In this document: positions 50,748-60,307 of the stretch, in pieces
Numbering within the stretch: the stretch's first letter is position 1
How the letters are laid out: each line of letters opens with the position of its first letter
The notes under the pieces: model-generated
Told to the model about the DNA's origin: nothing
Databases searched by the model: none
What the model saw: only the letters and a program-made list of their open reading frames with translations
Position numbers and translations under genes: made by a program
Assembly (NCBI GenBank): GCA_026188615.1
Contig: GCA_026188615.1_4525.1
DNA from: a phage
Strand: one strand, 5' to 3'
DNA: 64,000 bases

Positions 50748-51848
50748 TTACGCTGTGAAGATTTTATCCCACATCGCAACAACTGCATCTCGGTTATACT
50801 TCTTCCATACTGCTTCAGCACGTTTAACTCGAGCTTCGTATGTGTCAGTGAATTCTAATACAGCTTTTGTGTAAAGCGCAACTACTTCTTTCTTAGGAGT
50901 AGAGGAATCAATTTCTACACGCACAGTATCTGGGTCGTATTCAAATGTCGCATGAGGATAATCCTTAAAAACTAACTGAATTACAGGGACACCTTTAGAG
51001 ATGGCTTCAATAGAACTATTCTCTACCGTACCTGTGTCAGGACACGTATTAATAAGTGCTTTAGCTGTTTTAAGGCGTTCCATGATTTCACTGTGTGGAG
51101 CATCAATAATAACAGGATATTTAGCCGGTGGCACCCATTTGCTTGGACAGTATCCTGCACCATTTTCGCCTAGTGCTTTAATCGCTTCAAGAGCAACATC
51201 AGTACGACGCATTTTAGTGTCATAACGTTGTGCACTAATAATCAGATCCGTCGCCGGAAGAACTTCAGGTTTCTCATTCAAACAAATAACCGGATAATCT
51301 TCGGCTTCAAACAACGGATTTGCTCGCCAATAATCATAATCAATTTTGTCAGTCAGACCTGAAGTCATATAACAATATTTGCGTTCAAATTCACGGAAGG
51401 CTTTAGTAGGAGCATAACTCTTACCACCATTCTTATGAATTTGAATAGTCTGGTCCCAAATTTGAACAATGCCACGAGATACCGGTTCAAATGGTGTTGC
51501 CATAAAATTCTTATGAACTTTAGAGAGACCCGCGTCTTTAATTGCCTGAACGGTTAGTTTGGTCGGTTCCATTGTAACAACGAAATCGTACTCATTAATG
51601 CCGGCTAGTTCAACAATCTTACGAGCCATAGTATAACTCATACCTAGACTGAATTTAGTCAGATGACCAACAGGATGATGATTAACCTTCCAATCACCAA
51701 ATGTGTCATTATCAAAGCCGATATAATCAATATCAGCGCCGGTGGACACAAGATATTTCAACACATTTAAATGTACTGCTTCAAGACCACCTTGTACACG
51801 GTCAGGATTAAATGGGACTGCACGAGACGGGATAAACATAACTTTCAT
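50748..51848 (-). CDS. putative glycosyltransferase (GT-B-like), candidate DNA hydroxymethylcytosine-sugar transferase
   Basis: 366 aa; N-terminal MKVMFIPSRA..GGLEAVHLNVLKYL and C-terminal ENSSIEAISKGVPVIQL resemble GT-B/GT4 motifs; occupies the gene 60 position of T4. Confidence 0.55.
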   Translation of the reverse strand: MKVMFIPSRAVPFNPDRVQGGLEAVHLNVLKYLVSTGADIDYIGFDNDTFGDWKVNHHPVGHLTKFSLGMSYTMARKIVELAGINEYDFVVTMEPTKLTVQAIKDAGLSKVHKNFMATPFEPVSRGIVQIWDQTIQIHKNGGKSYAPTKAFREFERKYCYMTSGLTDKIDYDYWRANPLFEAEDYPVICLNEKPEVLPATDLIISAQRYDTKMRRTDVALEAIKALGENGAGYCPSKWVPPAKYPVIIDAPHSEIMERLKTAKALINTCPDTGTVENSSIEAISKGVPVIQLVFKDYPHATFEYDPDTVRVEIDSSTPKKEVVALYTKAVLEFTDTYEARVKRAEAVWKKYNRDAVVAMWDKIFTA

Positions 51849-51874
51849 AATTAAGCCTTATTAAAATTAAAATG

Positions 51875-51892
51875 AAGCTCCCGAAGGAGCTT
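51875..51892 (-). terminator. hairpin AAGCUCC-UUCG-GGAGCUU between HNH ORF and glycosyltransferase
   Basis: 7-bp stem with CGAA loop on plus strand; A-rich upstream. Confidence 0.45.
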
Positions 51893-52688
51893 AGGACATC
51901 CAACACATTTTATAACCTTTGCAGGTTCTGTTAGGATTATTTAATGCTTTCAATATATTAGAAGACCCTATATCTAAATACTCCCTTAATTCATAAAGAT
52001 AGTTAAAATCAATAGTTTCACCTGTTTTTACACTTGTGATTCTTATAGGCCTTCTTTCATATTTAGATTTATACAACTCTCTAGTCTTAGCTTTAGTTTC
52101 TTCCGACCTAGGAGTGTATGGTTTAAATCCTTTTGTTTTAAATGTTTCCATTCTTGATTTAGTTATTTTATCCTGGTGTTCTTTTGTTTTTACAGGTGCT
52201 TTTCGCCCATTCTCCCAAGATAACTTGTTGGCCTGTATTATTTTATCTATTGCTTCTTGCGTATGAGTTTTACCATAAAATGGATTTAATTCGCCTATAC
52301 GTTGTGAAGCAATATGTGACATTAATTCTCTTGTTGCTTTAGTATGTTTTTTACCTTTAAATGGATTGCCATTTTTAGCAATCCATTCTTTCATAAATCT
52401 AGAGTGCTCTTTAGAGAATTCTTGTTTAAGCCAATCATAATCTCTAGAATTTCTAGCTCCCATGTAAAAAGCTCTAATAGCCATAAGCATAGAACGGTTC
52501 TTATGAATTTTATAAAGCAATAAATGGGCGATAAAATGCTCTCTAGGGGTCAATTTAACTAGATTTGATTTAGCATTACTCCCGCCCATAGATTTTGGCA
52601 ATATATGATGCGTCTCAGTATAATTAGGAATAATGCTGCGGTTTTTAGCCGCAGCGATAAGTTTATCATAAATTTTACGATAATTCAT
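51891..52688 (-). CDS. free-standing HNH homing endonuclease (MobA-like, intact)
   Basis: ~265 aa from MNYRKIYDKL start overlapping gene 39 stop; HNH motif ETHHILPKSMGGSNAKSNLVKLTPREH; basic repeat-rich C-terminus. Confidence 0.7.
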   Translation of the reverse strand: MNYRKIYDKLIAAAKNRSIIPNYTETHHILPKSMGGSNAKSNLVKLTPREHFIAHLLLYKIHKNRSMLMAIRAFYMGARNSRDYDWLKQEFSKEHSRFMKEWIAKNGNPFKGKKHTKATRELMSHIASQRIGELNPFYGKTHTQEAIDKIIQANKLSWENGRKAPVKTKEHQDKITKSRMETFKTKGFKPYTPRSEETKAKTRELYKSKYERRPIRITSVKTGETIDFNYLYELREYLDIGSSNILKALNNPNRTCKGYKMCWMS

Positions 52689-54508
52689 TATCCTAGCATC
52701 CAATCTTTACGGAGTTCAGGGTCGTTACCCATGAGCATTTCAAATAGTTCTTTCCAATTTTCAGGAAGTTTAACTACGTCGTACACAGGGTTTTGAATCA
52801 TTTCTTTATATTCATCTCGCTGAAGTGAGCCTAATCCCTTGATGTATCGAATACTATGCTTAGGAAGTGTATCTTTAGCTTCTTCATACTCAGCTACAGT
52901 ATAAAACCATTTTTGAGTTTTGCCAATTTGTGCAATAATTACAGGCGTTTTAACAAAGCGAATACGTCCTTGTTCAAACAATTCAGGCCAATTACTAAAG
53001 AAAGCAAGCAAAGCCGGATAGATACTTCCAAGACCGTCATGATCGGCATCGGTCATAATTGCAATATTACGATAGTTCGTATTCTCTGCCTTTTCACCAA
53101 GAATAAGACCTGTGATAGCACAGATATCAAAGAGCTCTTTGTTCTTCATCATATCAGCATATGACATACCCCAGCTATTCATCACCTTACCACGTAATGG
53201 GAATCCGCCGTGTAGTTCACGGTCACGAACATCAATGAGATAACCAATTGCCGAATCACCTTCTGTTAAAAACAATGTCGTATCTGCATCTTTACCACAT
53301 TGGTTAGCTTTAATATGCTTATGAACCTTAGCTTTAGTTGCCTTTTTAGCTGCTTTAGTTTCTGCAGCCTTTTCTGCTGCCAATTTACGAGCTAATGCTG
53401 CTTCAACAATAGGCATAATCAAGGCTTCGTTTTTAAGAAGTGCCTGAGCAATTTTCTTAGCATCTAATTGGATATGATTACGAATATCACCATACGTTGA
53501 CGTTAAACGTTCTTTAGTCTGAGAATCAAAACGCATGTTGCTCATGTCTCTAATAAACATCAACATTGTGAGGCATTCTTTAACACGAGCTTTAGTGACT
53601 TCAATACCCTTATATTTCTTTTTAATACCCGGTAAAAGATGTTCGCAGATATCATCCATTACACATTCAACATGATGACCACCATTTTTAGTATGGATGT
53701 TATTCACATAAGTTAAATGACGGAAGCCATCTGGTGATGTTGTGAATGCTATAGAGACTTTATCATTTTCTTGAATGATGTTATCTTCACCAAATTGTTT
53801 AGCAAATCGTTTAAAATTACCATCAACCTTTTTACCATTAAATGTGAACTTGATATCAGGATAAACGACTGCCAATGTTTGAAGTCGGTCTAAAGTAATA
53901 TCTAAATAAATTTGAGATAAATTATGCTCTTCAAATGAAGAGAAATCAGGAGTGAAGATTACTTTAGTGCCTTTACCTTTAGATTTCTTAGAAGACCATG
54001 ATTTGTTTTCCATTCCGTTTGAACAGTTAACAGTGATTTCATTTTCGCCATCTGACGTGATGCCTGTAAACAAAGTAGAGAAGATATTAGTTAAACTACT
54101 CCCGACGCCGTTCATACCGCCAGTCTTGCGTTCAGAATCATCACCAAAGTTACCACCAGCCTTTGGAATAGTCCAGGCTGCTACAGGCCCAGGAATTTGT
54201 TCACCTGTTTGGTCAGTAACTAAACCTTGAGGAATACCACGTCCGTTATCTTCCACCGAAACTTGATTATTTTTAATTTGCACATCAATTTTATTTGCAA
54301 ACTTAAATGATGTACGAATAGCTTCATCAACCGAGTTGTCAATAATCTCATCGATTAATTTAACCAGACCAGGAACATATTCAACTTGTTGATATTTACC
54401 AAACAAAAAACGCTCATGGGCTTCTTTAGCAGAAGAACCAATATACATGCCACTACGTTTCTTAATATGTTCTACATCTGACAGTACCTTAATTTCATTT
54501 TTAATCAT
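52688..54508 (-). CDS. 39: DNA topoisomerase II large subunit gp39 (GyrB-like), unsplit form
   Basis: 606 aa single ORF; GHKL ATPase-like N-terminus (..DNGRGIP..); no separate gene 60. Confidence 0.85.
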   Translation of the reverse strand: MIKNEIKVLSDVEHIKKRSGMYIGSSAKEAHERFLFGKYQQVEYVPGLVKLIDEIIDNSVDEAIRTSFKFANKIDVQIKNNQVSVEDNGRGIPQGLVTDQTGEQIPGPVAAWTIPKAGGNFGDDSERKTGGMNGVGSSLTNIFSTLFTGITSDGENEITVNCSNGMENKSWSSKKSKGKGTKVIFTPDFSSFEEHNLSQIYLDITLDRLQTLAVVYPDIKFTFNGKKVDGNFKRFAKQFGEDNIIQENDKVSIAFTTSPDGFRHLTYVNNIHTKNGGHHVECVMDDICEHLLPGIKKKYKGIEVTKARVKECLTMLMFIRDMSNMRFDSQTKERLTSTYGDIRNHIQLDAKKIAQALLKNEALIMPIVEAALARKLAAEKAAETKAAKKATKAKVHKHIKANQCGKDADTTLFLTEGDSAIGYLIDVRDRELHGGFPLRGKVMNSWGMSYADMMKNKELFDICAITGLILGEKAENTNYRNIAIMTDADHDGLGSIYPALLAFFSNWPELFEQGRIRFVKTPVIIAQIGKTQKWFYTVAEYEEAKDTLPKHSIRYIKGLGSLQRDEYKEMIQNPVYDVVKLPENWKELFEMLMGNDPELRKDWMLG

Positions 54509-54558
54509 GTTGTCTCCTCGTTATGAAGGTATTCTATCATCCTAAATCTAAAGCAAAA

Positions 54559-54572
54559 AGGGCCGAAGCCCT
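54559..54572 (-). terminator. hairpin AGGGC-UUCG-GCCCU plus U-run upstream of gene 39
   Basis: 5-bp stem with CGAA loop, A-run 54555..54559. Confidence 0.4.
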
Positions 54573-54997
54573 TATTTAAATTTAATTTTCTGAAGTGCAT
54601 CAATTGCAGCCAGGCGCCCTTGTTCACTTTTAACTGTAATGACCACATCGCCTGATACGATCACCGAACCATCAACAAATTCTATAGAGCCTTTTTTGAA
54701 ATCAACAGATGTATCTGGTTCCGGAACTTCTTCAAAGAATTTAAATTCTGCACCATAAAGCAGAATATCACCTTGCATACTATGAATAGTTCGGCCATAA
54801 TCGCCTACGGCTTCTACAGCAATAACCGAAACACCGTAACCAATCATCTCTTCCACAATAAAATCTTTAGACAATAAAGTAGTATGCAGATTAGTATTAA
54901 GACGTTTACCAGTCGTATTAAGAATTCTCAAGAAATTATCTTCCTGTCCTTTGATAATACGATATTTCTTACCAACTTCAAAACCTTTAAAAGCCAT
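54572..54997 (-). CDS. hypothetical protein (39.1 position)
   Basis: 141-aa ORF. Confidence 0.45.
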   Translation of the reverse strand: MAFKGFEVGKKYRIIKGQEDNFLRILNTTGKRLNTNLHTTLLSKDFIVEEMIGYGVSVIAVEAVGDYGRTIHSMQGDILLYGAEFKFFEEVPEPDTSVDFKKGSIEFVDGSVIVSGDVVITVKSEQGRLAAIDALQKIKFK

Positions 54998-54999
54998 AA

Positions 55000-55179
55000 T
55001 TAACCCTTCTTAAGTAAGTCGTAAAAACCACCGTTCACATGTTTAGGAGCAGAAACCCGACGAGTAGACAGACGATGACATTCAGGGCAAACATCGTTTT
55101 CTCGTTCAGAAATTCTTTTAATTTTTTCATATTCATGACCACAATCTTCGGATTGACATTTATAGTCGTATAACGGCAT
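55000..55179 (-). CDS. small CxxC...CxxC zinc-ribbon protein, 59 aa (not in ORF track)
   Basis: Hand-translated [59 protein letters not shown]; two Cys pairs. Confidence 0.5.
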   Translation of the reverse strand: MPLYDYKCQSEDCGHEYEKIKRISERENDVCPECHRLSTRRVSAPKHVNGGFYDLLKKG

Positions 55180-55592
55180 TATTGTTCCTTAAAGTGAGCT
55201 TTCAACATTTGATACAAAGACCATGCCTGGTCGTTATTTTCGATAGTAATTGTCATCACTGGAAATTCAGACAATTCGTCAAGTTCATCAGAATCTTGCT
55301 CTTCGGACGCTTGATATGGATTTCCAACTTCGTCAAAGAACTCTGCTTCATTCGTGGAGAGCCAGATAAAGTTTTCATCAAGGATATCACCGCCCGTGGC
55401 GTATCCAACCGTGCCAGTAGATGTCACAATTTTAGTAGGACGACCAAGATGGTCAACATCTAATACTTTAAATGGTTCCATGCCAAGACGTCGTGCATAA
55501 ATCCCATTATCAGTGTGGTCTTTAATAAACTCTTCTTGGGCACGTTTATCTTTAAATTGGTACCATGAGTTAACGCGGAATTTATTAGCCAT
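55179..55592 (-). CDS. hypothetical protein with acidic C-terminus
   Basis: ORF track 55179..55610 trimmed to MANKF start. Confidence 0.4.
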   Translation of the reverse strand: MANKFRVNSWYQFKDKRAQEEFIKDHTDNGIYARRLGMEPFKVLDVDHLGRPTKIVTSTGTVGYATGGDILDENFIWLSTNEAEFFDEVGNPYQASEEQDSDELDELSEFPVMTITIENNDQAWSLYQMLKAHFKEQ

Positions 55593-55819
55593 TAGTAAGT
55601 TTCCTTCCAATAAGTTGTACCGTTTTCAGTGATTTCACGGAAGATACCGTAGATAGGCATTTCATCACCGAGTTTTTCGTAAACGTAAACCACTTCGGTG
55701 TAGCATAAAAATCCGGTCCAGTTTTTCTGTACAACAACTAAATCAGGATTAAACAGAACATCTTCAAACTCATCGATGTTTGAATCAGTAGTTACGTTTT
55801 TAATGATTTGACGTTTCAT
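55592..55819 (-). CDS. hypothetical small protein
   Basis: ORF track 55592..55864 trimmed to internal Met after promoter region. Confidence 0.35.
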   Translation of the reverse strand: MKRQIIKNVTTDSNIDEFEDVLFNPDLVVVQKNWTGFLCYTEVVYVYEKLGDEMPIYGIFREITENGTTYWKETY

Positions 55820-55876
55820 AATATTCTCCTCTTGTTTTGATAGGTCTATAGTATCATAGACCATAGTTGTTGTACA

Positions 55877-56401
55877 TCATTTTAGCAAAATAAAATCAAC
55901 TTGTTCTGCCAATGAACGTCTAAACATTAATTGACAACTTCCGAGGATGAAATCAGGTGCTTCATAGACCGCGATGTAGTATCCTTTAGCTTTCAAGAGT
56001 TCAACATCCACCTGGTCATCAAACCATGCATAAACCGCGTCAACGCTTTCAAATCCAAAATAGAACCCTTGAGCCCAATCTTCACTCAATTCAAATGTGT
56101 ACTCAATTCTATGGTATCTTAAGATATTTTGTTCAAGAAGTTTGTCTTCATTTACTGTAGGACGATTAGGGACATTATAGTTGTCGCCGTGATGGTAGAA
56201 GTTACCTGAGAGTATTCCATGCTTATCAAGGAACTCCCATGTTTCTTCAGAGTTGTCGGTGCCCGACCAACCGTATGGCGAGCGAGGTTCTTTATTCCAA
56301 GAGGTTTCCCAAATTCTGACGGCTTTACCGTCTTCGATAGCAATTCCTGGTAATGATTCACGTTGAGTGCAAAAACTACGTTCTACGCGGTAAACTAACA
56401 T
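55877..56401 (-). CDS. hypothetical protein, 174 aa
   Basis: ORF with GGAGG RBS; preceded by early promoter-like element 56410..56450. Confidence 0.5.
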   Translation of the reverse strand: MLVYRVERSFCTQRESLPGIAIEDGKAVRIWETSWNKEPRSPYGWSGTDNSEETWEFLDKHGILSGNFYHHGDNYNVPNRPTVNEDKLLEQNILRYHRIEYTFELSEDWAQGFYFGFESVDAVYAWFDDQVDVELLKAKGYYIAVYEAPDFILGSCQLMFRRSLAEQVDFILLK

Positions 56402-56460
56402 ATTATTCTCCTCCGGTTGATATGGTTATAATATCAAAACCAGAGGAGAAGTAAACAACT

Positions 56461-56880
56461 TTATGCGAAAGCAGCTGGGCTATATTTTTTAATTTGGAAT
56501 TCAGGAACTACCATGAACTGACCAGCGAAAACGATGTTATAAAGCTTAACACCATCTTCTACCCAACGGTCGCTAATAAATCCGGCGATTTGCTTAGTTT
56601 TCCATGGCGTTCCATCAGTTGCCGCAGCAATAGTGAATTCATGGTCTTTTTCAACAGAAACTGATCTGCATAGTCCCCATTTGAACGCTTTTTCTTCTGG
56701 CTCAATGAACTGGCTTGAGACGTAGCCAATATTACCATTAGCATCACGAACTTTAACTTGGTTACGACCAAAAACCGGATCACTCACAGAAAGAACTTCA
56801 ACCAACTTCCCGGCAACTTTAGAGCGAGAAGCAACAGATACATATACGTAATCACCTGTAGAGAGATTTACAATATTCAT
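56461..56880 (-). CDS. paralog 1 of tandem small-protein family (dexA-proximal)
   Basis: 139 aa; shares N-terminal SRSK.AGKLVEV and C-terminal FISD.WVEDG.KLYNIVF.G.F.VV blocks with neighbours. Confidence 0.55.
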   Translation of the reverse strand: MNIVNLSTGDYVYVSVASRSKVAGKLVEVLSVSDPVFGRNQVKVRDANGNIGYVSSQFIEPEEKAFKWGLCRSVSVEKDHEFTIAAATDGTPWKTKQIAGFISDRWVEDGVKLYNIVFAGQFMVVPEFQIKKYSPAAFA

Positions 56881-56889
56881 AATAATTCC

Positions 56890-57375
56890 TTAAGCTTTAC
56901 GAGGAGACACATAGCGAGTGATTTCGGATTCTTTAACAACTCGGAAGTCACCTAAGAATACGATATTGTATAACTTTTCACCATCTTCTACCCATTGGTC
57001 ACTAATGAAGCCACACATGGTATCAGTTTTGCTTGGATAACCGTATTCATCGATGAAGTCAAATTCTTTATCAGTCTGGAATTCAACACCTTTACACAAG
57101 GCCCATTTGAACTGTACATTAGGCTCTGTGGATTCAACTTTTTCTCTTGAAGCAAAAGCACTACTCGCAGGAGTTTCCAAGAACTTTGCACGAACATAAG
57201 CGAACTGAGTTTCCCTCGACCCAAGACTAGGAATAATACGAACTTTTACCTCAGAATCTTCATCTTTAACGCCTTCTTTAAGTTGAATACTTACAACTTC
57301 GACCAATTTTCCTGCTGCTTTAGAACGAGATTTGTTAGATACGCGAACGATTTCACCAATAATACCAAGATTCAT
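56890..57375 (-). CDS. paralog 2 of tandem small-protein family
   Basis: 161 aa; same conserved blocks. Confidence 0.55.
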   Translation of the reverse strand: MNLGIIGEIVRVSNKSRSKAAGKLVEVVSIQLKEGVKDEDSEVKVRIIPSLGSRETQFAYVRAKFLETPASSAFASREKVESTEPNVQFKWALCKGVEFQTDKEFDFIDEYGYPSKTDTMCGFISDQWVEDGEKLYNIVFLGDFRVVKESEITRYVSPRKA

Positions 57376-57436
57376 AATTTTCTCTCTTTGTTTAAGTTGA
57401 ATTCATTATACTCCACCCGTCCTTGGATGTACAACA

Positions 57437-57931
57437 TTAATTAAGGATATTAACCACAGCACTACGTGGAACTACACTAAAATCACCTGCATGAACAACG
57501 TTCAGAAGTTCAACACCGTCTTCAATCCACTGATCAGTCACCCATCCATTTACTGGACCAGCGAATGGGCGTCGAATTGAAACGTATTTACACAACAAAT
57601 CAGTAGGCTCAATAGGCTTAATCAGAGTACCGTACATACAAGCGATATCCATATCAATACAGATATCTTTAACGGGTTCTACTTCTTCAATCAACAGTTC
57701 AAAGTCGGTGCTTGGAAGGGCGGTGGTAGAAATTGTACCATATGAATTTTTAATTTCTAAGAATAACCAAGGGCCTTCAACTTGTTTGATGAAGTTAACA
57801 ATAGTGAAACTATTACCTTGAGTGGCACCTAAAATTTCACAAAACTTTTCATAAGCTCGCACTGAAGCACCGTACCAGTTGATTTGTTTTTCATCTTTCA
57901 GGATGTAAGTAGCCGTAGTATTGATATTCAT
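57437..57931 (-). CDS. paralog 3 of tandem small-protein family (more divergent)
   Basis: ~164 aa from MNINTT start; C-terminal WVTDQWIEDGVELLNVVHAGDFSVVP block. Confidence 0.5.
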   Translation of the reverse strand: MNINTTATYILKDEKQINWYGASVRAYEKFCEILGATQGNSFTIVNFIKQVEGPWLFLEIKNSYGTISTTALPSTDFELLIEEVEPVKDICIDMDIACMYGTLIKPIEPTDLLCKYVSIRRPFAGPVNGWVTDQWIEDGVELLNVVHAGDFSVVPRSAVVNILN

Positions 57932-57996
57932 AATGTTTTCCTGTTTGGTTAAGATAGAAAGATTATACTCCAACCATCCTTGGTTGTAAACTGGTT

Positions 57997-58674
57997 TTAT
58001 CGCTGTTTTACACTTAACGGGTCAGGATTCTCAGGTACATCTTCAAGACCAAGCGCATAACGCTGAGCATATTTTAACATCAAAATATCTTTAGCACAAT
58101 CGTGAATACTATCATGGGCAACGAATCCTTTTAGAGTACCCATCGGTAATGGACACATACTTAATCCTCGTGTCAACGAGTAAGCTTCGATTGCCGTACG
58201 AATATCGCGTTGAGCCCAGAATTTAACAGGTTCTAATTTATCGGTATCAATATCCGGTTCAAGAACACCTTCATCACGATAGAGGTCACGAATCAAATCG
58301 ACCAAGATCGGGAAGTCAAAGCTCATACCACGGCACCACATCTGTGATTTCCATTGGTCAACTTTATTAGCTCGACAATAATCTAAAAAGATTTTAATGC
58401 CTTCAAGCGTAGTGACATCGTCTTCAGACGGGGCCAGGTTTTTACGTGCTTCTGCTGATTGTTCTTTCCACCATTTCATAGTGGATTTAGCGAAAACTCG
58501 CTTCCCTTTTTGAGAAGCTAAATTAAATTTAATTCGCTTACCTCGTTGAACAAGTTCTTCAAATGTTTCAACAACTTCAGGGTCCGAATTATATGCAATA
58601 ACCGCAAGGTCAATAACAGCAGCTTTTGACGTATTGCCGAATGTTTCAAAATCTATAATAACATCAGTGCTCAT
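57997..58674 (-). CDS. dexA: exonuclease A (DnaQ-like 3'-5' exonuclease)
   Basis: 225 aa (T4 DexA 227); N-terminal IIDFETFG exonuclease motif; adjacent to dda. Confidence 0.8.
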   Translation of the reverse strand: MSTDVIIDFETFGNTSKAAVIDLAVIAYNSDPEVVETFEELVQRGKRIKFNLASQKGKRVFAKSTMKWWKEQSAEARKNLAPSEDDVTTLEGIKIFLDYCRANKVDQWKSQMWCRGMSFDFPILVDLIRDLYRDEGVLEPDIDTDKLEPVKFWAQRDIRTAIEAYSLTRGLSMCPLPMGTLKGFVAHDSIHDCAKDILMLKYAQRYALGLEDVPENPDPLSVKQR

Positions 58675-58683
58675 AATTTTCTC

Positions 58684-59997
58684 TCAAATAAAATGGACGT
58701 CAAAACGACCGCGAGTTGTGCCGACATACAATAACTGTTTAGCTAATTCTGAATCGGCATAATGGATACACGGTGTATAAACAAAGGCCGTGTCAACAGA
58801 CATACCCTGGGCCTTATGGAAGGTTGATACTGGTAGTGCCTTCACCTTAGTGAACATACGTTTAGCATCCCAGAATTCACTCCATGGAGCTTTACCACCT
58901 TTATTCCAGAATTTGTATGTTTCTGCGGTCTTAGCCAAAAACAAATTGAATTTATAAAGCTCTTCTTCAGAAGAAATAACCTTTATATCTTCGCGGATGT
59001 ATTCTTCATCATCCCCATATGTTTCTACTGTAAGATTCCAGTATCGTATCATATATTCGCCCGAAACACCACGTGCTTTAACGAATGTAGACGTTTCTAC
59101 AGCATCTCGAATACGAACGAATTGCCCGTTATTGAAAAGCATTTCAGTCATATTTTTGCCATCTAGCTTATATGTCTTAGTAAACGGCTCTTGTAGAACA
59201 ATGACTTCATCTTTAATAAATGGCTTTTCTGTTTCAAGAAGTTTTCGGCGAATAATTGAATTTAACTTGTCTACCGACTTATTTGTGAATGCCATCATTC
59301 GATTTTCGAAAAGGTCTTCAGGAGTTTTAACGACATTAAAATAGTTCATCATATACGATTTAAGGTCTGTATATCCATGAACACCGTGCCCATCAACTAC
59401 TTTATCGTAAATCCATTTGCCATTACGAATATCAGTCGCAACATCAATAATTGGCGCATTGCTACGTTTAACTTCTGTAAGGTCGCATTGCACGAAGTCT
59501 TTGTGAGTGAAGAAAGGACTTAGATACGCAGTGGATTCGCCTGGGTCTACCGGACGAATCTGGCATCGGTCACCAATTCCAATTACTGTGCACCATTTAG
59601 GGATACTAGCTAACATTATTTTAAACAGAGAACGGTCGCACATTGATGCTTCATCAAATAACAGTACACGACACAAGGCTAAGTCGGGAACCTTTTTCTG
59701 TTCAAACAATACGTTTTCTTCGTATGTAGTTGGGTTGATTTTAAGAATGCTATGAATAGTCGATGCTTCTTGACCCGCAAGTTTGCTTAGAACCTTTTTA
59801 GCAGCATGTGTAGGGGCTGCTAAAATAATACCTGATTCTCCGGCAGAAATAAGAGCTTCAACGATGAATCTAGTAAGGGTTGTTTTACCTGTACCAGCAG
59901 GCCCATTAATAGTTACGTGATGTTTCTTTTCTTTAATAGCTTTCATAACAACGTTGAAGGCGTTTTTCTGGCCGTCAGTCAAATCATCAAATGTCAT
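58684..59997 (-). CDS. dda: Dda DNA helicase (SF1B)
   Basis: 437 aa (T4 Dda 439); Walker A GPAGTGKT, LLFDEASM Walker B-like. Confidence 0.9.
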   Translation of the reverse strand: MTFDDLTDGQKNAFNVVMKAIKEKKHHVTINGPAGTGKTTLTRFIVEALISAGESGIILAAPTHAAKKVLSKLAGQEASTIHSILKINPTTYEENVLFEQKKVPDLALCRVLLFDEASMCDRSLFKIMLASIPKWCTVIGIGDRCQIRPVDPGESTAYLSPFFTHKDFVQCDLTEVKRSNAPIIDVATDIRNGKWIYDKVVDGHGVHGYTDLKSYMMNYFNVVKTPEDLFENRMMAFTNKSVDKLNSIIRRKLLETEKPFIKDEVIVLQEPFTKTYKLDGKNMTEMLFNNGQFVRIRDAVETSTFVKARGVSGEYMIRYWNLTVETYGDDEEYIREDIKVISSEEELYKFNLFLAKTAETYKFWNKGGKAPWSEFWDAKRMFTKVKALPVSTFHKAQGMSVDTAFVYTPCIHYADSELAKQLLYVGTTRGRFDVHFI

Positions 59998-60305
59998 CGT
60001 AAAGTCCCTGCAATTGGAATACTAACAATACGGCCTGTGTCCAGGATTCGTTGATACAATCTTTGCGTCTCCGCATCTAGTTTAACGTGTTTCATTTCAA
60101 GCTTATTAAACCAGAACTTACGCGGAGTTTCGACCATTCTTAGAACTCCCATTTTTAAATCCGTTTTATACTGTGTTTTCAAAGTATCGAAAACTTTATC
60201 TGCAATATCCTTTCTAAAAAATACCGCAGGACGATGCTCATCAAGTGGAACCGGGACAGTAAATCCTTCCATATCTCGATAAACTATTGCATATACATAA
60301 ACCAT
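59994..60305 (-). CDS. hypothetical protein (dda.1 position)
   Basis: 103-aa ORF overlapping dda start by 4 nt. Confidence 0.45.
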   Translation of the reverse strand: MVYVYAIVYRDMEGFTVPVPLDEHRPAVFFRKDIADKVFDTLKTQYKTDLKMGVLRMVETPRKFWFNKLEMKHVKLDAETQRLYQRILDTGRIVSIPIAGTLR

Positions 60306-60307
60306 AA

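Noticed and set aside
50455-52703. Gene 60 with 50-nt translational bypass element
   Set aside because: Gene 39 is unsplit (606 aa) and the interval encodes a glycosyltransferase-like protein and an HNH endonuclease; no gene 60-like ORF or hop sequence seen.
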